The notes under the pieces: generated by a model | The model's input: the letters and a program-made list of their open reading frames with translations, nothing else | What the model was told of the DNA's origin: nothing | Database searches by the model: none | Shown: piece after piece, positions 1-10,634 of the stretch | How positions within the stretch are numbered: position 1 is the stretch's first letter | How the letters are laid out: each line of letters starts with the position of its first letter | Position numbers and translations under genes: made by a program | Assembly (NCBI GenBank): GCA_019057795.1 | Contig: JAHLWS010000008.1 | Coordinates: forward strand, 1-55,413 | Source: Promethearchaeota archaeon | Lineage (GTDB): Archaea > Asgardarchaeota > Lokiarchaeia > Sigyniarchaeales > SOKP01 | DNA length: 55,413 nt | Reading direction: 5' to 3'

Positions 1-65
1 AGGGCTTATCCTTTGATAAGCTTACCATTCAGTAATACTCAATGTTCCGCATTCAATTGTATGAC

Positions 66-469
66 TTACATGTCGCACTTCAACCTTTCGCTGGCACTAT
101 CTATAGATCTTCCGGTCATTTCGGAATAAAAAAAGACTCTAAGAAAGTCCTCAGCGTCATATCTTGCGTTTTTACCTTTTCTACACCCCCACATTTGAGA
201 TTCGATTGAGTCACAAAAGTTTTTAAAAAATGCTAACATATATTCATTAGAGAAAAGTGGTTTTAACTCAGCTTCCAAATCTGAAAGTGGAGATAAATAT
301 TTTATGCGCATACATAAATATAACCACTTTTCTCTTATAAATTTTTAGATAGATTCCCACTGGAAACAAATGGAAAAAATTAATAGTTAATTAATAAAAA
401 TTAGAAGTAAATATTTATAGAAAAAGATTCAGTTAAAGAGGATTTAGAGTTCTACTTCCTTTGATACTG
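66..469 (-). mobile_element. Truncated IS element (ISH3/IS4-superfamily-like): N-terminal 81 aa of a transposase (66..311) plus a putative left terminal IR ending at 469
   Basis: The ORF ...ARYDAEDFLRVFFYSEMTGRSIDSASERL resembles N-termini of archaeal ISH3-like transposases but stops before any DDE domain. 451-469 reads CAGTATCAAAGGAAGTAGA on the minus strand, and ISH3-type ends begin with CAG. No matching second IR is seen in the window. Confidence 0.5.
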
Positions 470-526
470 ATACTTTAAAAATAAATCAGAAATTAATTAA
501 TATATTAAATTCAAAATTCTAGGCTT

Positions 527-1891
527 ATGATATTGGTTGAAAATAAAAGAACTCCTGCTTTTAGAGAAGACTTATGTGATTTGTGTGGTTTATGTTTTCA
601 TCTATGTCCCGTTCTACAATTACCTTTGGATGATGCAAAAGAAGAAATACAAAATTTAATCAAAGGTCGAAAGCCAAAATATGTACTTGAAAAATGCAAT
701 ACTTGTTTATCTTGCAATCTATACTGCCCACAAAACGCTAATCCATATCAATTGATACTCGAAAGATGGAATGATTTGTATAAAGAGAGAGGTGCGCCTC
801 CCCTTTACTATTTTATTTGTCCCACTGAAGATCGTAACATTTGGCAACTTCTAAATTTGTTTTTATCTAATCGAGAAAGAAGATGGATATATAAGTGGAT
901 GCATTACGTCCCTAAGAGTGAAGATACTGTTTTGTTAATTGGAAACTATACACATATATTCCCATTTATTATTGGGGGCAGTAAACTCCTTGATTACTTC
1001 AAACCTATTGATCGTATAGACCAATGGGAAGGAGGTGCTTACTTATACCAAGGAGGATACTTAGATATTGTACAAAAGATAGCTGAGAGGACAAAAAGAG
1101 ATTTTGATAGTTGGGGCGTCAAAAATGTTGTTGCCACTTTAGATGCTGTTGAGTATTTCTTCAGGGAAGTCCATCCAAAGGAAATGGGTGTGAAACACGA
1201 TCAGAATTTTATAAATTTTCATCGTTGGTTATTAGATAATATTAGCTCCGGAGAAATTAATCTTCAAAACCAACTTAATCTAACGGTTACTGTTCACGAT
1301 AATTGCTTTTCTAAAGCGTTAGGCGGATATTGGGAGGAACCAAGAACAATATTGGAGAAATGTGGTTGTAAAATACTTGAGATGAAACATATTAAAAAAG
1401 ATTCCCTATGTTGCGGGTTTGGAGCTGGAGCATCGTGGGTTAAGAATATGTCTCTACCTTTTGATATGATCTCTGAAGGAGTAAAAAAATTTAAGGAAGC
1501 AGAAGAAACCGGTGCAAAAGCTCTAATATCTTACTGTGGAGGATGTATTTATTTAATGTGGGCTACTAAGGAGTTGTTGAGGAGTAAAATAGATTTATAC
1601 CATATCATTGAAATTGTCAGGATGGCAATGGGCGAGGAATTGAGTTACCCTAAAGACCATATTAAACGAGCTTGGGATGTCATTGCGATTATAACATATT
1701 CTTTGCTACTATCGACTTTTAAGAAAAACTTTTACATAAAAAGTATTACATACGACAAAGATTTTAGCACATATAAACCAAAAAAGTATTTACTATTAAG
1801 GTTGATAAGGTATCTGTTTGATTTTAAGTTAATTAGAATCGTTTATGCTAAACTATTTTGTTTAATGATGCCAATAATGAAGACTCGATAA
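527..1891 (+). CDS. (Fe-S)-binding protein, HdrD/GlpC-like (2x[4Fe-4S] + CCG domain)
   Basis: N-terminal CDLCGLCFHLCP and CNTCLSCNLYCP ferredoxin motifs; C-terminal CCG domain (HDNC, LCCGFGAG, SYCGGC). Confidence 0.85.
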   Translation: MILVENKRTPAFREDLCDLCGLCFHLCPVLQLPLDDAKEEIQNLIKGRKPKYVLEKCNTCLSCNLYCPQNANPYQLILERWNDLYKERGAPPLYYFICPTEDRNIWQLLNLFLSNRERRWIYKWMHYVPKSEDTVLLIGNYTHIFPFIIGGSKLLDYFKPIDRIDQWEGGAYLYQGGYLDIVQKIAERTKRDFDSWGVKNVVATLDAVEYFFREVHPKEMGVKHDQNFINFHRWLLDNISSGEINLQNQLNLTVTVHDNCFSKALGGYWEEPRTILEKCGCKILEMKHIKKDSLCCGFGAGASWVKNMSLPFDMISEGVKKFKEAEETGAKALISYCGGCIYLMWATKELLRSKIDLYHIIEIVRMAMGEELSYPKDHIKRAWDVIAIITYSLLLSTFKKNFYIKSITYDKDFSTYKPKKYLLLRLIRYLFDFKLIRIVYAKLFCLMMPIMKTR

Positions 1892-2149
1892 AATATAATT
1901 TTATATTTTCTATATTGTTTAATTATTAACTAATTATTACTAAAAATTTATTAAAAGTAATAAAATATGAGTGAAAAAATTTTAATAAATTATATAATTA
2001 TGAGAAATTTTTATATTAATCTAACCCAAAAAAGGTATTAAAATTTGTTAAAGGGTTAAACCACATTTAAATAGGTGAGTTTCCAATATAATATTAATCA
2101 AATGTTTTAAACTAAAATATTTGTTAAACTTTATACAAAAAAGTAATGG

Positions 2150-5100
2150 GTGAAAATTATAATAAATAAAAAAAAACTAACGCCTTTAATAGCAATTGTT
2201 TTATTTATATTGCTAGGCGCATTTAATATAAGTTCTGGTATCGCAATTCACATGCAAGGAGACGGAGCAACCTTTAACCTTGATAAAGCGGATCCGGTAG
2301 GATACGGTGTTTATATTCCAGCACCAAATATGTATGCTACTATGTCGATAACTGGGTCAAATCAGGGAGAATTTGTTTCAATGGATTGGGACGGAACACC
2401 ATGGCAAACAGAAACAGTAGATTATCCAGGAAATGATATTAGTTATGCATATCCGTGGTACTTTGAAAATTATCCACTTATTAGTAGTACGACTGATAAT
2501 GGCTATATTAACCCTTGGTCAGTACAATGGCTGAATGTAAGCGCATATGAGGCAGAAAATGATACTTTATCGCCTTATACTTTTAATACTGCATTTAATT
2601 ACTATGTTATGGCTGAAGGAAGTGAATTAATTGTGCCATTAAATCATTCTATCCCTATACAAGTTGATATCATGATTCATAATACAGGGCCTAAAATATT
2701 AAAATTTGATTGGTTAACTGATAATCCCGCGGCAGTAACATCTAGTTATGAATTAATATCCCCATCAGGTAAAATAGTGATGACAGATTTTCAAACTGCT
2801 CAGTCTATGATGGGTGGAGTTAATGTGTTTGATTATATTGCATTTGTTGCTAATAACATTGGTACATATAGATTATTAGTAGAGGCTGCGCATAACAAAC
2901 CTGCTTATTTAAATTTGGAATTTTTACAAACTCACATATCTACCTTACCTTTAGAAAAATTAACCTTTGAAGGAAATGGTGATGAAAATCCTACATTACA
3001 TGAGATGTATGATATAGAATGGCAATCTAACTGGTTTAAGATTAATGGAAAAAAAGGAGATTTATTTAGATTAGATTTAGGAATAGATTACATCTCTATA
3101 GTACCTATGATAGATGCGTGGCTACCCTGTGAAAATGGATATATTTTAGATTCTACTATTACAACTGGAGTTTACGATCTTTACTTCCCTAACAGTGGTG
3201 CAGCATATATTTCTTTCAATGACGCTCAATATGGTCAGTGGTATAGATATTCGGTATTCTTGAGTGAAATTGAAGTTTCAGATTATAATATCGGGGATAA
3301 TATTACGAGTATAAGAGTATCGAGGGACCAAAGGAAAGCAATAGATTTTACAATAGAGCAGGATTCTTTTGTAAGATTCAACTTTACTGAATGGGGTGAC
3401 GGAGATGCTAAAATATCTTCGATGGGAACAGACAGGGGTTTTATTTTTAAAGATGCTAAAAAGCTTGACTGTTATGAAATCTTAAGTCCTATTGAAACAA
3501 AGACCGTGGATACAATGGATTTTTATTACTATTATTTCCCTGTGGGGGAGTATGAAGCAATAATTAAAAATACTGACTATCAATGTGACGGTGTCCTACA
3601 AATTAGTTCAAACTTTGTTGAATGGGCGAATGATACTATTCCAGTAAATTCATTAACTTATCCAGAAGTAGATGCCTCCCAATATATAACTCTTGAATTT
3701 GGTCCCGATGAGTATTATTCAAGTCTTAAAGAAGCTCAATGGATTGGAATAAATATAACAGAACCAGGTCAGTATATATTAAATACAACAATATGGGCAA
3801 CAGATAATAGTGGTGCTTCTGCTACTGGCGGCGTTTCCCAACTTTATACATATAATGCTACAGATACAAGTTATTATAGCTTTGGTTATCCACAGCCCGC
3901 ATTTTCTACTGATGGAAGTTCTACTCAAAATGACTTATTATTTATTGGTGCCTCAACAAGATGGACAGGTATGCTCTTTAATTTTTCAATCCCGGGCTCG
4001 GTAGGGGGATTTATGACTCCATGGGTTTATACAACAGGAGGATGGAGTACTATGTCACATTCTGATGGAACTAGTGAACTAACCCAAGATGGGGTTATAG
4101 AATTCACATTAACTGATAATGACTTTAGAGATTGGACACGTGGAGCTGGATCTTATGCTATTGATCCTTCTATTGATGAGAACGATTATTATTGGTCGAT
4201 ATTACAGTGTACTTCTGATTATAGTACTGTGCCAATTATTGAATTAATAACACTTTTAAACCAAACAATTAGAGGAGATGTGAATTTTGCTCTTTTAAGA
4301 GAAAGTGGTTATGAATACTGTGATACTTGGGGACCAACATGGTTAGATCAGCCTATTCAACCAGATGGATTGAGAGTTAGTCGAGATGAAGATAATGATT
4401 TCTTTGGTACTCTTGAATACGATTCTGATGAAAGTTTTATAATCGAGTCATCTGAACCTTTTACAATTGGATTTGAAGAAGGACTATACAAATTGTTAAT
4501 CGTTCCAGAAAATTGGGACTTTTCAGGTTCAATCAGAATTCGATTTGCTGTTGAAAATTATTGGCCTTATAAAGCGCACGCGACATATAATATTTCTGCT
4601 TTAACACCATATCCAAATTTACATTTGTTTGATATAAACAATTATACTGCAACTGGTTACGGACATAACAATGATACGCTTTATAATTACGGACTTATCA
4701 AGACCTATAATCATACCGAAGTGTCTTTAGGATCAGTTGGTTTCGATCGAGCCTATTTTCTCCTTGAAGTCTATGGTAAAGCTTATCAATGGACTCAATT
4801 AGTTGTAGCAATGCAGAATGTTAGTAACTATGATTTATTTTTATTACAAGATCTTCCTTGGGTTGATAATTACGGTCCCAATTATGAAGTTATAAACCCC
4901 ATATCCGGTGATTGGGATAATGTAGCAGTAAATAAAACCTATGAATTTGGAGTACATGTTGATCATTTCTTTTTACTATTTAAAGCTAATGATATCTTTC
5001 CAAATGAAATCATGACTTTTAGGATTGCTTTGAGTCAATATAACACAACAGCATTGTATGCCAGTGAAATCACCGCAACATACACTCCTCCTGTGCCAGA

Positions 5101-5206
5101 TCTAGGTCCACTTATTTTAACTTTATTGATTGCAATACCCTCAGCTATAGGAGTCGCTGTTGTAGTTGTTTATGTGGTAAAAAAGAGAAGCGGTTCAAAA
5201 CAGTAA
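2150..5206 (+). CDS. Large secreted, C-terminally membrane-anchored surface (glyco)protein
   Basis: Basic + hydrophobic N-terminal signal; acidic, aromatic, beta-rich body with many N-x-S/T sequons; C-terminal TM helix followed by KKR. Confidence 0.75.
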   Translation: MKIIINKKKLTPLIAIVLFILLGAFNISSGIAIHMQGDGATFNLDKADPVGYGVYIPAPNMYATMSITGSNQGEFVSMDWDGTPWQTETVDYPGNDISYAYPWYFENYPLISSTTDNGYINPWSVQWLNVSAYEAENDTLSPYTFNTAFNYYVMAEGSELIVPLNHSIPIQVDIMIHNTGPKILKFDWLTDNPAAVTSSYELISPSGKIVMTDFQTAQSMMGGVNVFDYIAFVANNIGTYRLLVEAAHNKPAYLNLEFLQTHISTLPLEKLTFEGNGDENPTLHEMYDIEWQSNWFKINGKKGDLFRLDLGIDYISIVPMIDAWLPCENGYILDSTITTGVYDLYFPNSGAAYISFNDAQYGQWYRYSVFLSEIEVSDYNIGDNITSIRVSRDQRKAIDFTIEQDSFVRFNFTEWGDGDAKISSMGTDRGFIFKDAKKLDCYEILSPIETKTVDTMDFYYYYFPVGEYEAIIKNTDYQCDGVLQISSNFVEWANDTIPVNSLTYPEVDASQYITLEFGPDEYYSSLKEAQWIGINITEPGQYILNTTIWATDNSGASATGGVSQLYTYNATDTSYYSFGYPQPAFSTDGSSTQNDLLFIGASTRWTGMLFNFSIPGSVGGFMTPWVYTTGGWSTMSHSDGTSELTQDGVIEFTLTDNDFRDWTRGAGSYAIDPSIDENDYYWSILQCTSDYSTVPIIELITLLNQTIRGDVNFALLRESGYEYCDTWGPTWLDQPIQPDGLRVSRDEDNDFFGTLEYDSDESFIIESSEPFTIGFEEGLYKLLIVPENWDFSGSIRIRFAVENYWPYKAHATYNISALTPYPNLHLFDINNYTATGYGHNNDTLYNYGLIKTYNHTEVSLGSVGFDRAYFLLEVYGKAYQWTQLVVAMQNVSNYDLFLLQDLPWVDNYGPNYEVINPISGDWDNVAVNKTYEFGVHVDHFFLLFKANDIFPNEIMTFRIALSQYNTTALYASEITATYTPPVPDLGPLILTLLIAIPSAIGVAVVVVYVVKKRSGSKQ

Positions 5207-5371
5207 ATTTAAATTAATTAATTTTTTTTTTTGTTTTTAATATATAAACACACATTTTTTTATGTACTTCTTGTCTTTTAGAATAATAAAGAATGCTCAT
5301 TTGCATTATTATTCCAATTAATTATAATCTCCTGAAAAATATCATTTAAATATTGTATAAATTGTGTTCAA

Positions 5372-6427
5372 ATGGATTTAATTAACCAAAAATTTCTAAG
5401 AGAAGCAAGATTTTATGAAAAAATCGATGAAAAATACTCCCAATGCTTAACTTGTGAAAGAAAATGCAAAATAGCAAAAGAAAAAGTTGGTTATTGTCAA
5501 ACTCGAATTAATATAGCCGGAGTTATCTATACAATTGTTTATGGATTAATTCCTGCTTTATCTTTCAATCCTATAGAAAAAAAACCATTATTTCATTATC
5601 ATCCAGGAAGTACAGCTATAACGGTTGGTACTTATGGATGCAACTTCAATTGTTTTTGGTGTCAAAATCACCATATTTCACATCCTAAAGAAAGTATTGT
5701 TGATTTGGCCAGAAAGGCAAAAGATTATCTGTCCCCAGAAAAAGTAATCGAACTAGCTCTAACAAATAATTGCCAGGGAACATCAATCTCGTTTAATGAG
5801 CCTACTCTACTATTTGAATACTCATTGGATGTGTTTAAATTGGCAAAAAAGGAAGGACTATACAACACATACGTTACGAATGGATATATGACTGAGGAAG
5901 TATTAAAAGAATTGGTGAAAAGCGGATTAGATGCCATGAATATAGATATCAAAGGCGATGGTAAGATGATTAAAAAATATTGTAAAGCGGACATAGAAAA
6001 TGTATGGGAAACTGCCATCCTAGCAAAGGATTTAGGTGTTCATATAGAACTAACAACACTTCTTATTGAAGATTTTAACACTAATGATGAAGTTACTAAA
6101 TCAATATCTGAGAGGATAATCAATGATCTGGGAAAAGAAACGCCATATCATATAAGTCGATTTTTTCCTCATTACAAATCCCATGAATATAACCTTTTTA
6201 AAACCACTCCAATAAAATATTTACACAAAACCTATGACATTGCTAAACAGGTTGGTTTAGAATTCGTGTATTTAGGAAATTTAGCTCATTCACATTATGA
6301 AAACACATATTGTCCTAGATGCTCAAAATTAGCTATTGAACGCCCTATTTATGGATTGACCAAAATTAATTTAAAAATAGATGGGACTTGTGCCCATTGC
6401 GGATTTCCTATCATAAAAACCTCGTAA
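5372..6427 (+). CDS. amrS: AmmeMemoRadiSam system radical SAM enzyme (PFL-activase-like)
   Basis: CLTCERKC N-terminal motif, PIEKKPLFHYHPG, CNFNCFWCQNHHIS (CxxxCxxC), VYLGN, C-terminal CPRC/CAHC. Confidence 0.9.
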   Translation: MDLINQKFLREARFYEKIDEKYSQCLTCERKCKIAKEKVGYCQTRINIAGVIYTIVYGLIPALSFNPIEKKPLFHYHPGSTAITVGTYGCNFNCFWCQNHHISHPKESIVDLARKAKDYLSPEKVIELALTNNCQGTSISFNEPTLLFEYSLDVFKLAKKEGLYNTYVTNGYMTEEVLKELVKSGLDAMNIDIKGDGKMIKKYCKADIENVWETAILAKDLGVHIELTTLLIEDFNTNDEVTKSISERIINDLGKETPYHISRFFPHYKSHEYNLFKTTPIKYLHKTYDIAKQVGLEFVYLGNLAHSHYENTYCPRCSKLAIERPIYGLTKINLKIDGTCAHCGFPIIKTS

Positions 6428-6497
6428 TCAAAATATTAACAATTTACTTTTTCGTTATTGTCTGGGTTTATATATAGATTTTAAAATTTATTATTAG

Positions 6498-6526
6498 TGA
6501 GATTTTATATTGAATATAAAATCTCA
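6498..6526. promoter_or_regulatory. Perfect 14-bp inverted repeat (1-nt spacer) downstream of a TATA box
   Basis: TGAGATTTTATATT-G-AATATAAAATCTCA; TTTATATA at 6467-6474; ATG at 6561. Confidence 0.55.
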
Positions 6527-6560
6527 AAAAGCAAAAATCTATGTGTAAAGGTTTTTAATT

Positions 6561-7271
6561 ATGGCAAAGAAACCCGTAACTAAAAATAGTCAGATTAGTA
6601 AAGCTAAAAAAGAAACGAAAAAGGTTCCTCCTAAAACAACCACTAATAAAACCACGCCTAAAAAGCCTGCTCCTATAAAAAAAAACGCCTCCTAAAAAGC
6701 AAACACCACAAAAAGCTAAAGTAAAAGTACTAAGCAATCTTTCAATTTTGAAAAGTTCTCCTTATATAAAGCAGAAAAATGAAGCAAAAACAGCTCAGAA
6801 GCAATTATCTCTAAAAGATTTATTTGAAAAGAATTTACTTTCTCAGAAAGAAGAAAAACTTGAGATCGTATTAACCGGACAATACGAGCAAGCTCTTGAT
6901 TTAATGTTCGAAGCTGATGCTTCTAACTTATATCCAATCCTGGTAGGGCCTCCAGGAATTGGTAAAACAACGCTATGCAGATATTATGCTCAGTCAAGGG
7001 CAGAGATTACTGGAAACGACTCGTTTGAGTGGATTACTTTTGACGAATCCATAACATGAACGATGGATCTTACGATATTCACGAGTTTTCTACAAATTAC
7101 TATGGAAAAATGATACTTAATCATACTGAAAAAGTATCGAACTCTCAGATACTATCAAAAGCACCAGATAAATTTCTTGTTACCAATAAATGTTTTGAGA
7201 ACTTATTAGAACATTTTGAGATGCTAAAACTCGACCCTCCAAAAGTAATCAAGAACAAAAATAAAAAGTAA
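6561..7271 (+). pseudogene. Disrupted MoxR/NorQ-like AAA+ ATPase with a Lys/Pro-rich N-terminus
   Basis: The ATG at 6561 (MAKKPVTK...) joins ORF 6748..7059 if one A is removed from the A9 run at 6677-6685. Walker A GPPGIGKT is present, but the frame stops at FDESIT before any Walker B. A 71-aa ORF (7056..7271) follows and is probably the C-terminal remnant. Confidence 0.7.
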
Positions 7272-7277
7272 TCGTTT

Positions 7278-8039
7278 TTAGAAATAGATTTTCAACCAAT
7301 TTAATGTTTCTTTAATAAAAACTTGTAAGTGTTTTTCATCAAAATCGTGAGTTGCGTCTTGAACCTCTATTAATTTATGATTCTCGCCTTGTGGCATCAT
7401 ACTGAAAGCCTTCTTCGTTAATTCTAAGGGAGTTTGTTCGTCCGCCGTGCCCTGTATTATAAGCGTAGGAGGTTCGAGTTTCTTCAAAACAGGTCGGACT
7501 CGAAATTTACCAAACTCCGTCACAAAGCTCATATCAATTATTATAGGATCATATTCTCCGGAAGATGGAATTTTCACAGGTCCTTTATCTATATCTTTAA
7601 ACCATTCTGATTGATCTCCTGTTGTATGAAGTAACATCACGGGAGCCCAAAATACATAAGAAGTAATTCCAGGTAAATTTGCTTTTAATGTAGTAATCCC
7701 ACCAAATGAGAGTCCCAATACTGCTATTTTTGAATACCCTTGATTTTTGATCCAGCCATAGACATTCTCTAGATCGGTAGACTGTTTGAGTAAATTTACT
7801 GGTTCTCTCTTATTTTCACCAGAACCAGAAAAATCAAAAATCAGTACATCATAACCTTCTTTATTTAAAGCTTTAGCTGTTTCAGGAAAGCGCTCCAACT
7901 CGTATTTATCACCTGTAAACCCATGACACATTATAAGGATGGGAGGTTTAGCAGAATTGTTTTCTTCTGATGCTATAAAAAATACTCCATGAAGCTCATT
8001 CCCATTCGTACTGGGGATTAATACTTTTCTTTCTTCCAT
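7278..8039 (-). CDS. Alpha/beta hydrolase
   Basis: CHGFTG, FDFSGSGEN, nucleophile GLSFGG, QGTAD, ATHDF catalytic triad. Confidence 0.9.
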   Translation of the reverse strand: MEERKVLIPSTNGNELHGVFFIASEENNSAKPPILIMCHGFTGDKYELERFPETAKALNKEGYDVLIFDFSGSGENKREPVNLLKQSTDLENVYGWIKNQGYSKIAVLGLSFGGITTLKANLPGITSYVFWAPVMLLHTTGDQSEWFKDIDKGPVKIPSSGEYDPIIIDMSFVTEFGKFRVRPVLKKLEPPTLIIQGTADEQTPLELTKKAFSMMPQGENHKLIEVQDATHDFDEKHLQVFIKETLNWLKIYF

Positions 8040-8194
8040 AGAAATTACCTGTTATAACATGAAAAAAGTATAATAAAAGTAATGATTTTAAAGTAGAATC
8101 ATTTTTAAAATTAATTTTTAAATGAATATTTCTAAGCAAAAAATCTTAAATAGAACTGATCCCTTGATAAAATAATTATTAAATAGAGATTAAT

Positions 8195-9040
8195 GTGGAA
8201 ATTATGACTGAAGAATATGCTGATTTAAATGGAGTTAAAATTTGTTATGAAATTTATGGAGAGGGGTATCCATTATTTTTAGTTCATGGATTTGGAGCAA
8301 AAAAGGAATCTTGGATAGCTCAAGTACCTGAGTTATCTAAGCATTTTAAAGTTATTAGACTTGACAATCGCGGGGCGGGAAAATCAGATAGACCCGAAAC
8401 AAAATACACCATGGAAATATTTGCTGATGATATTATAAACCTTATGGACCATCTTGGAATTGAAAAAGCAAATGTGTGCGGGTGGTCACTAGGAGGGATG
8501 ATAGTTCAGAATTTTGTTTTAAAATATCCTGATAGAGTAAATAAAGTAATTTTAATTAATACTAATTACGGTTTCCCTGATTCATCAGGACCAGAAGTCT
8601 ATAAAAATATGCGTCTTAGCGAGTTAGAGTTGAAAAAAGAGGATCCCGCCAAAGCATGGTGGTCTGGAACCCGTACAAGTTTTTATATAAAATTTAGGAA
8701 ACAAATGGAAGCAGACCCTTCAAAAAAGTGGTATGGCGTATGGTCCGCAGAAGATTTAATAAAAGAAAGTGCGATCAACCCCCCTACAGCTAAAGACATT
8801 AATATGCAAGCTGGAGCATTAAAAACCCACAACACATTCGATAAATTAGATACCATAAACAATCCCACGCTATTACTTACTGCTTCCCACGATAGGTTAA
8901 CTCCAAAATCATCGATGGAAAAGATTCATGAAAAAATACCTAATAGTACACTCGTAGTTATTGAAAAGGCTGGTCATAGCAGCCCTCTCGAAAAAACTCC
9001 AGAAGTTAATCAAAATATAATTGAATTTTTAAAATCATAA
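8195..9040 (+). CDS. Alpha/beta hydrolase (MhpC/PcaD-like)
   Basis: VHGFG, DNRGAGKSD, GWSLGG, HDRL, AGH. Confidence 0.9.
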   Translation: MEIMTEEYADLNGVKICYEIYGEGYPLFLVHGFGAKKESWIAQVPELSKHFKVIRLDNRGAGKSDRPETKYTMEIFADDIINLMDHLGIEKANVCGWSLGGMIVQNFVLKYPDRVNKVILINTNYGFPDSSGPEVYKNMRLSELELKKEDPAKAWWSGTRTSFYIKFRKQMEADPSKKWYGVWSAEDLIKESAINPPTAKDINMQAGALKTHNTFDKLDTINNPTLLLTASHDRLTPKSSMEKIHEKIPNSTLVVIEKAGHSSPLEKTPEVNQNIIEFLKS

Positions 9041-9126
9041 TTTTTCCTTTTTTTTTAGATTTATTTTTTACCTTTTTTCTAAGAAAACAAGATTCAAATA
9101 TCTCGAATGTGTAATTTTTCGTTTAT

Positions 9127-10317
9127 TTAGTTTTTATGTGTGAAAATTTTCTGGAAAGATATAACAAGTGCCGGAAATGCAATAATTGCAACAACGATTC
9201 CTAACCAATAAGGTGGGAGCGTATCAAGTATGAAAGGCCCTAATAATGGCCCAATAATTTGAGCAATACTGTCTAAAGCAGAAGAAATACCATTTATTTT
9301 ACCTTGCTCCTGAGGAGAGACTGTTTGACTAATTTTGCTATTCATAGGGCCCCGGGTTAGGGAGGCGGCAAAACTAATAAACATAAAAAGAATAAAAATA
9401 CTTAAAATATTTGTTGAAAAACCCACTAAGAAAAAGCTGACTAAAAAAATAGCCAAACCCAAGCGAATAGCATTATCTTCCCCAAGTTTCCTAATAGTTG
9501 GTTTAAAAAGAGTAAATCTTATTCCTGTCCGAAATATTCCAGATGTCATAAAAAGGATTGAAATGTCCATTGCCGTAAGATTAAGAACGCTCACACTAAA
9601 AAAGGAAAGGGTAGACATTACAATAGTAAAGGAAGTTGTATGAAAGCCCCAGAGAACTAAAATATAAAGAGCACTTTTATTATTTCTTATTTTAGGCAAA
9701 ACTTCAATTTTGCTTTCATGAGGTTGAATTCTTTTTTCCTTCGGCCATGTCTCTTCCAACATAATTAGCGTAACAATAATTGTAATTACTGTTAGACCAG
9801 CTGCAAATAATCCTGGTCCTAAAAGACCAAACCACGTAAAAAGAACACCGCCAATTCCCGGTCCTATTAGAGATGCTAACACATGGGCGATCCCAACATT
9901 AGCCATTTGAATACCTCTATCTTTTGGTGGAACTTTATCGCTTATGATAGCTTTAGCAATTGGAAAGTTTCCTCCAAACATTCCATCAATCATGCGCGCT
10001 AAAAATAGCATCCAAATTGTGTTTGAAAAAGCTGTTAATATAAATGCTAAACACGTGCCGAATTGAGAAATCAAAAGTAATGGTTTTCTCCCATACTTAT
10101 CGCTGAGCTTTGCTAAGATTGGCCCAAAAACAAAGCCGAACATTGCATTAACAGAAAATATTAAACCGATCATCGTCATGGAGGTATTAAAGAGTTCACT
10201 GAAAAATCCTACCATGGGAAAGAAAATCGTGAACCCTAGGACGTCAATGAAAATAGCAATCCATAAGGGCGTTAACATTCGATATTTGAATAATTTTTTA
10301 TTGTTATTTTCGGTCAT
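9127..10317 (-). CDS. MFS transporter (DHA1/TetA-like)
   Basis: About 12 TM segments; motif A LSDKYGRKP; ARMIDGMFGG; GPGIGG. Confidence 0.9.
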   Translation of the reverse strand: MTENNNKKLFKYRMLTPLWIAIFIDVLGFTIFFPMVGFFSELFNTSMTMIGLIFSVNAMFGFVFGPILAKLSDKYGRKPLLLISQFGTCLAFILTAFSNTIWMLFLARMIDGMFGGNFPIAKAIISDKVPPKDRGIQMANVGIAHVLASLIGPGIGGVLFTWFGLLGPGLFAAGLTVITIIVTLIMLEETWPKEKRIQPHESKIEVLPKIRNNKSALYILVLWGFHTTSFTIVMSTLSFFSVSVLNLTAMDISILFMTSGIFRTGIRFTLFKPTIRKLGEDNAIRLGLAIFLVSFFLVGFSTNILSIFILFMFISFAASLTRGPMNSKISQTVSPQEQGKINGISSALDSIAQIIGPLLGPFILDTLPPYWLGIVVAIIAFPALVISFQKIFTHKN

Positions 10318-10634
10318 ATTTTGAAAGTCCTAAATTATTTTTAAGAAGAATAAGACAAGAATGCAGTTAATATTCCCTAAACTTATCAAGTAAAATAGAT
10401 GATGACTATTAAATTATACTAAAAAGCATTTTGTATTTTTTATGTAGATGAGATTTTAGCTTAAGTAATTTTACTTATAAAACTCTCTATTTCAATAATT
10501 TTATATGTTAATACTAGATGATTAATCTAGCAAAAAAAAGTTAAAAGTTATTTATCGTCTCTCAAAAAGAATGTAAATTTTAAAATTCATCAGAGTTATT
10601 ATGTTTTTATTAAAAAAAAAAAGAATCGTAATTA

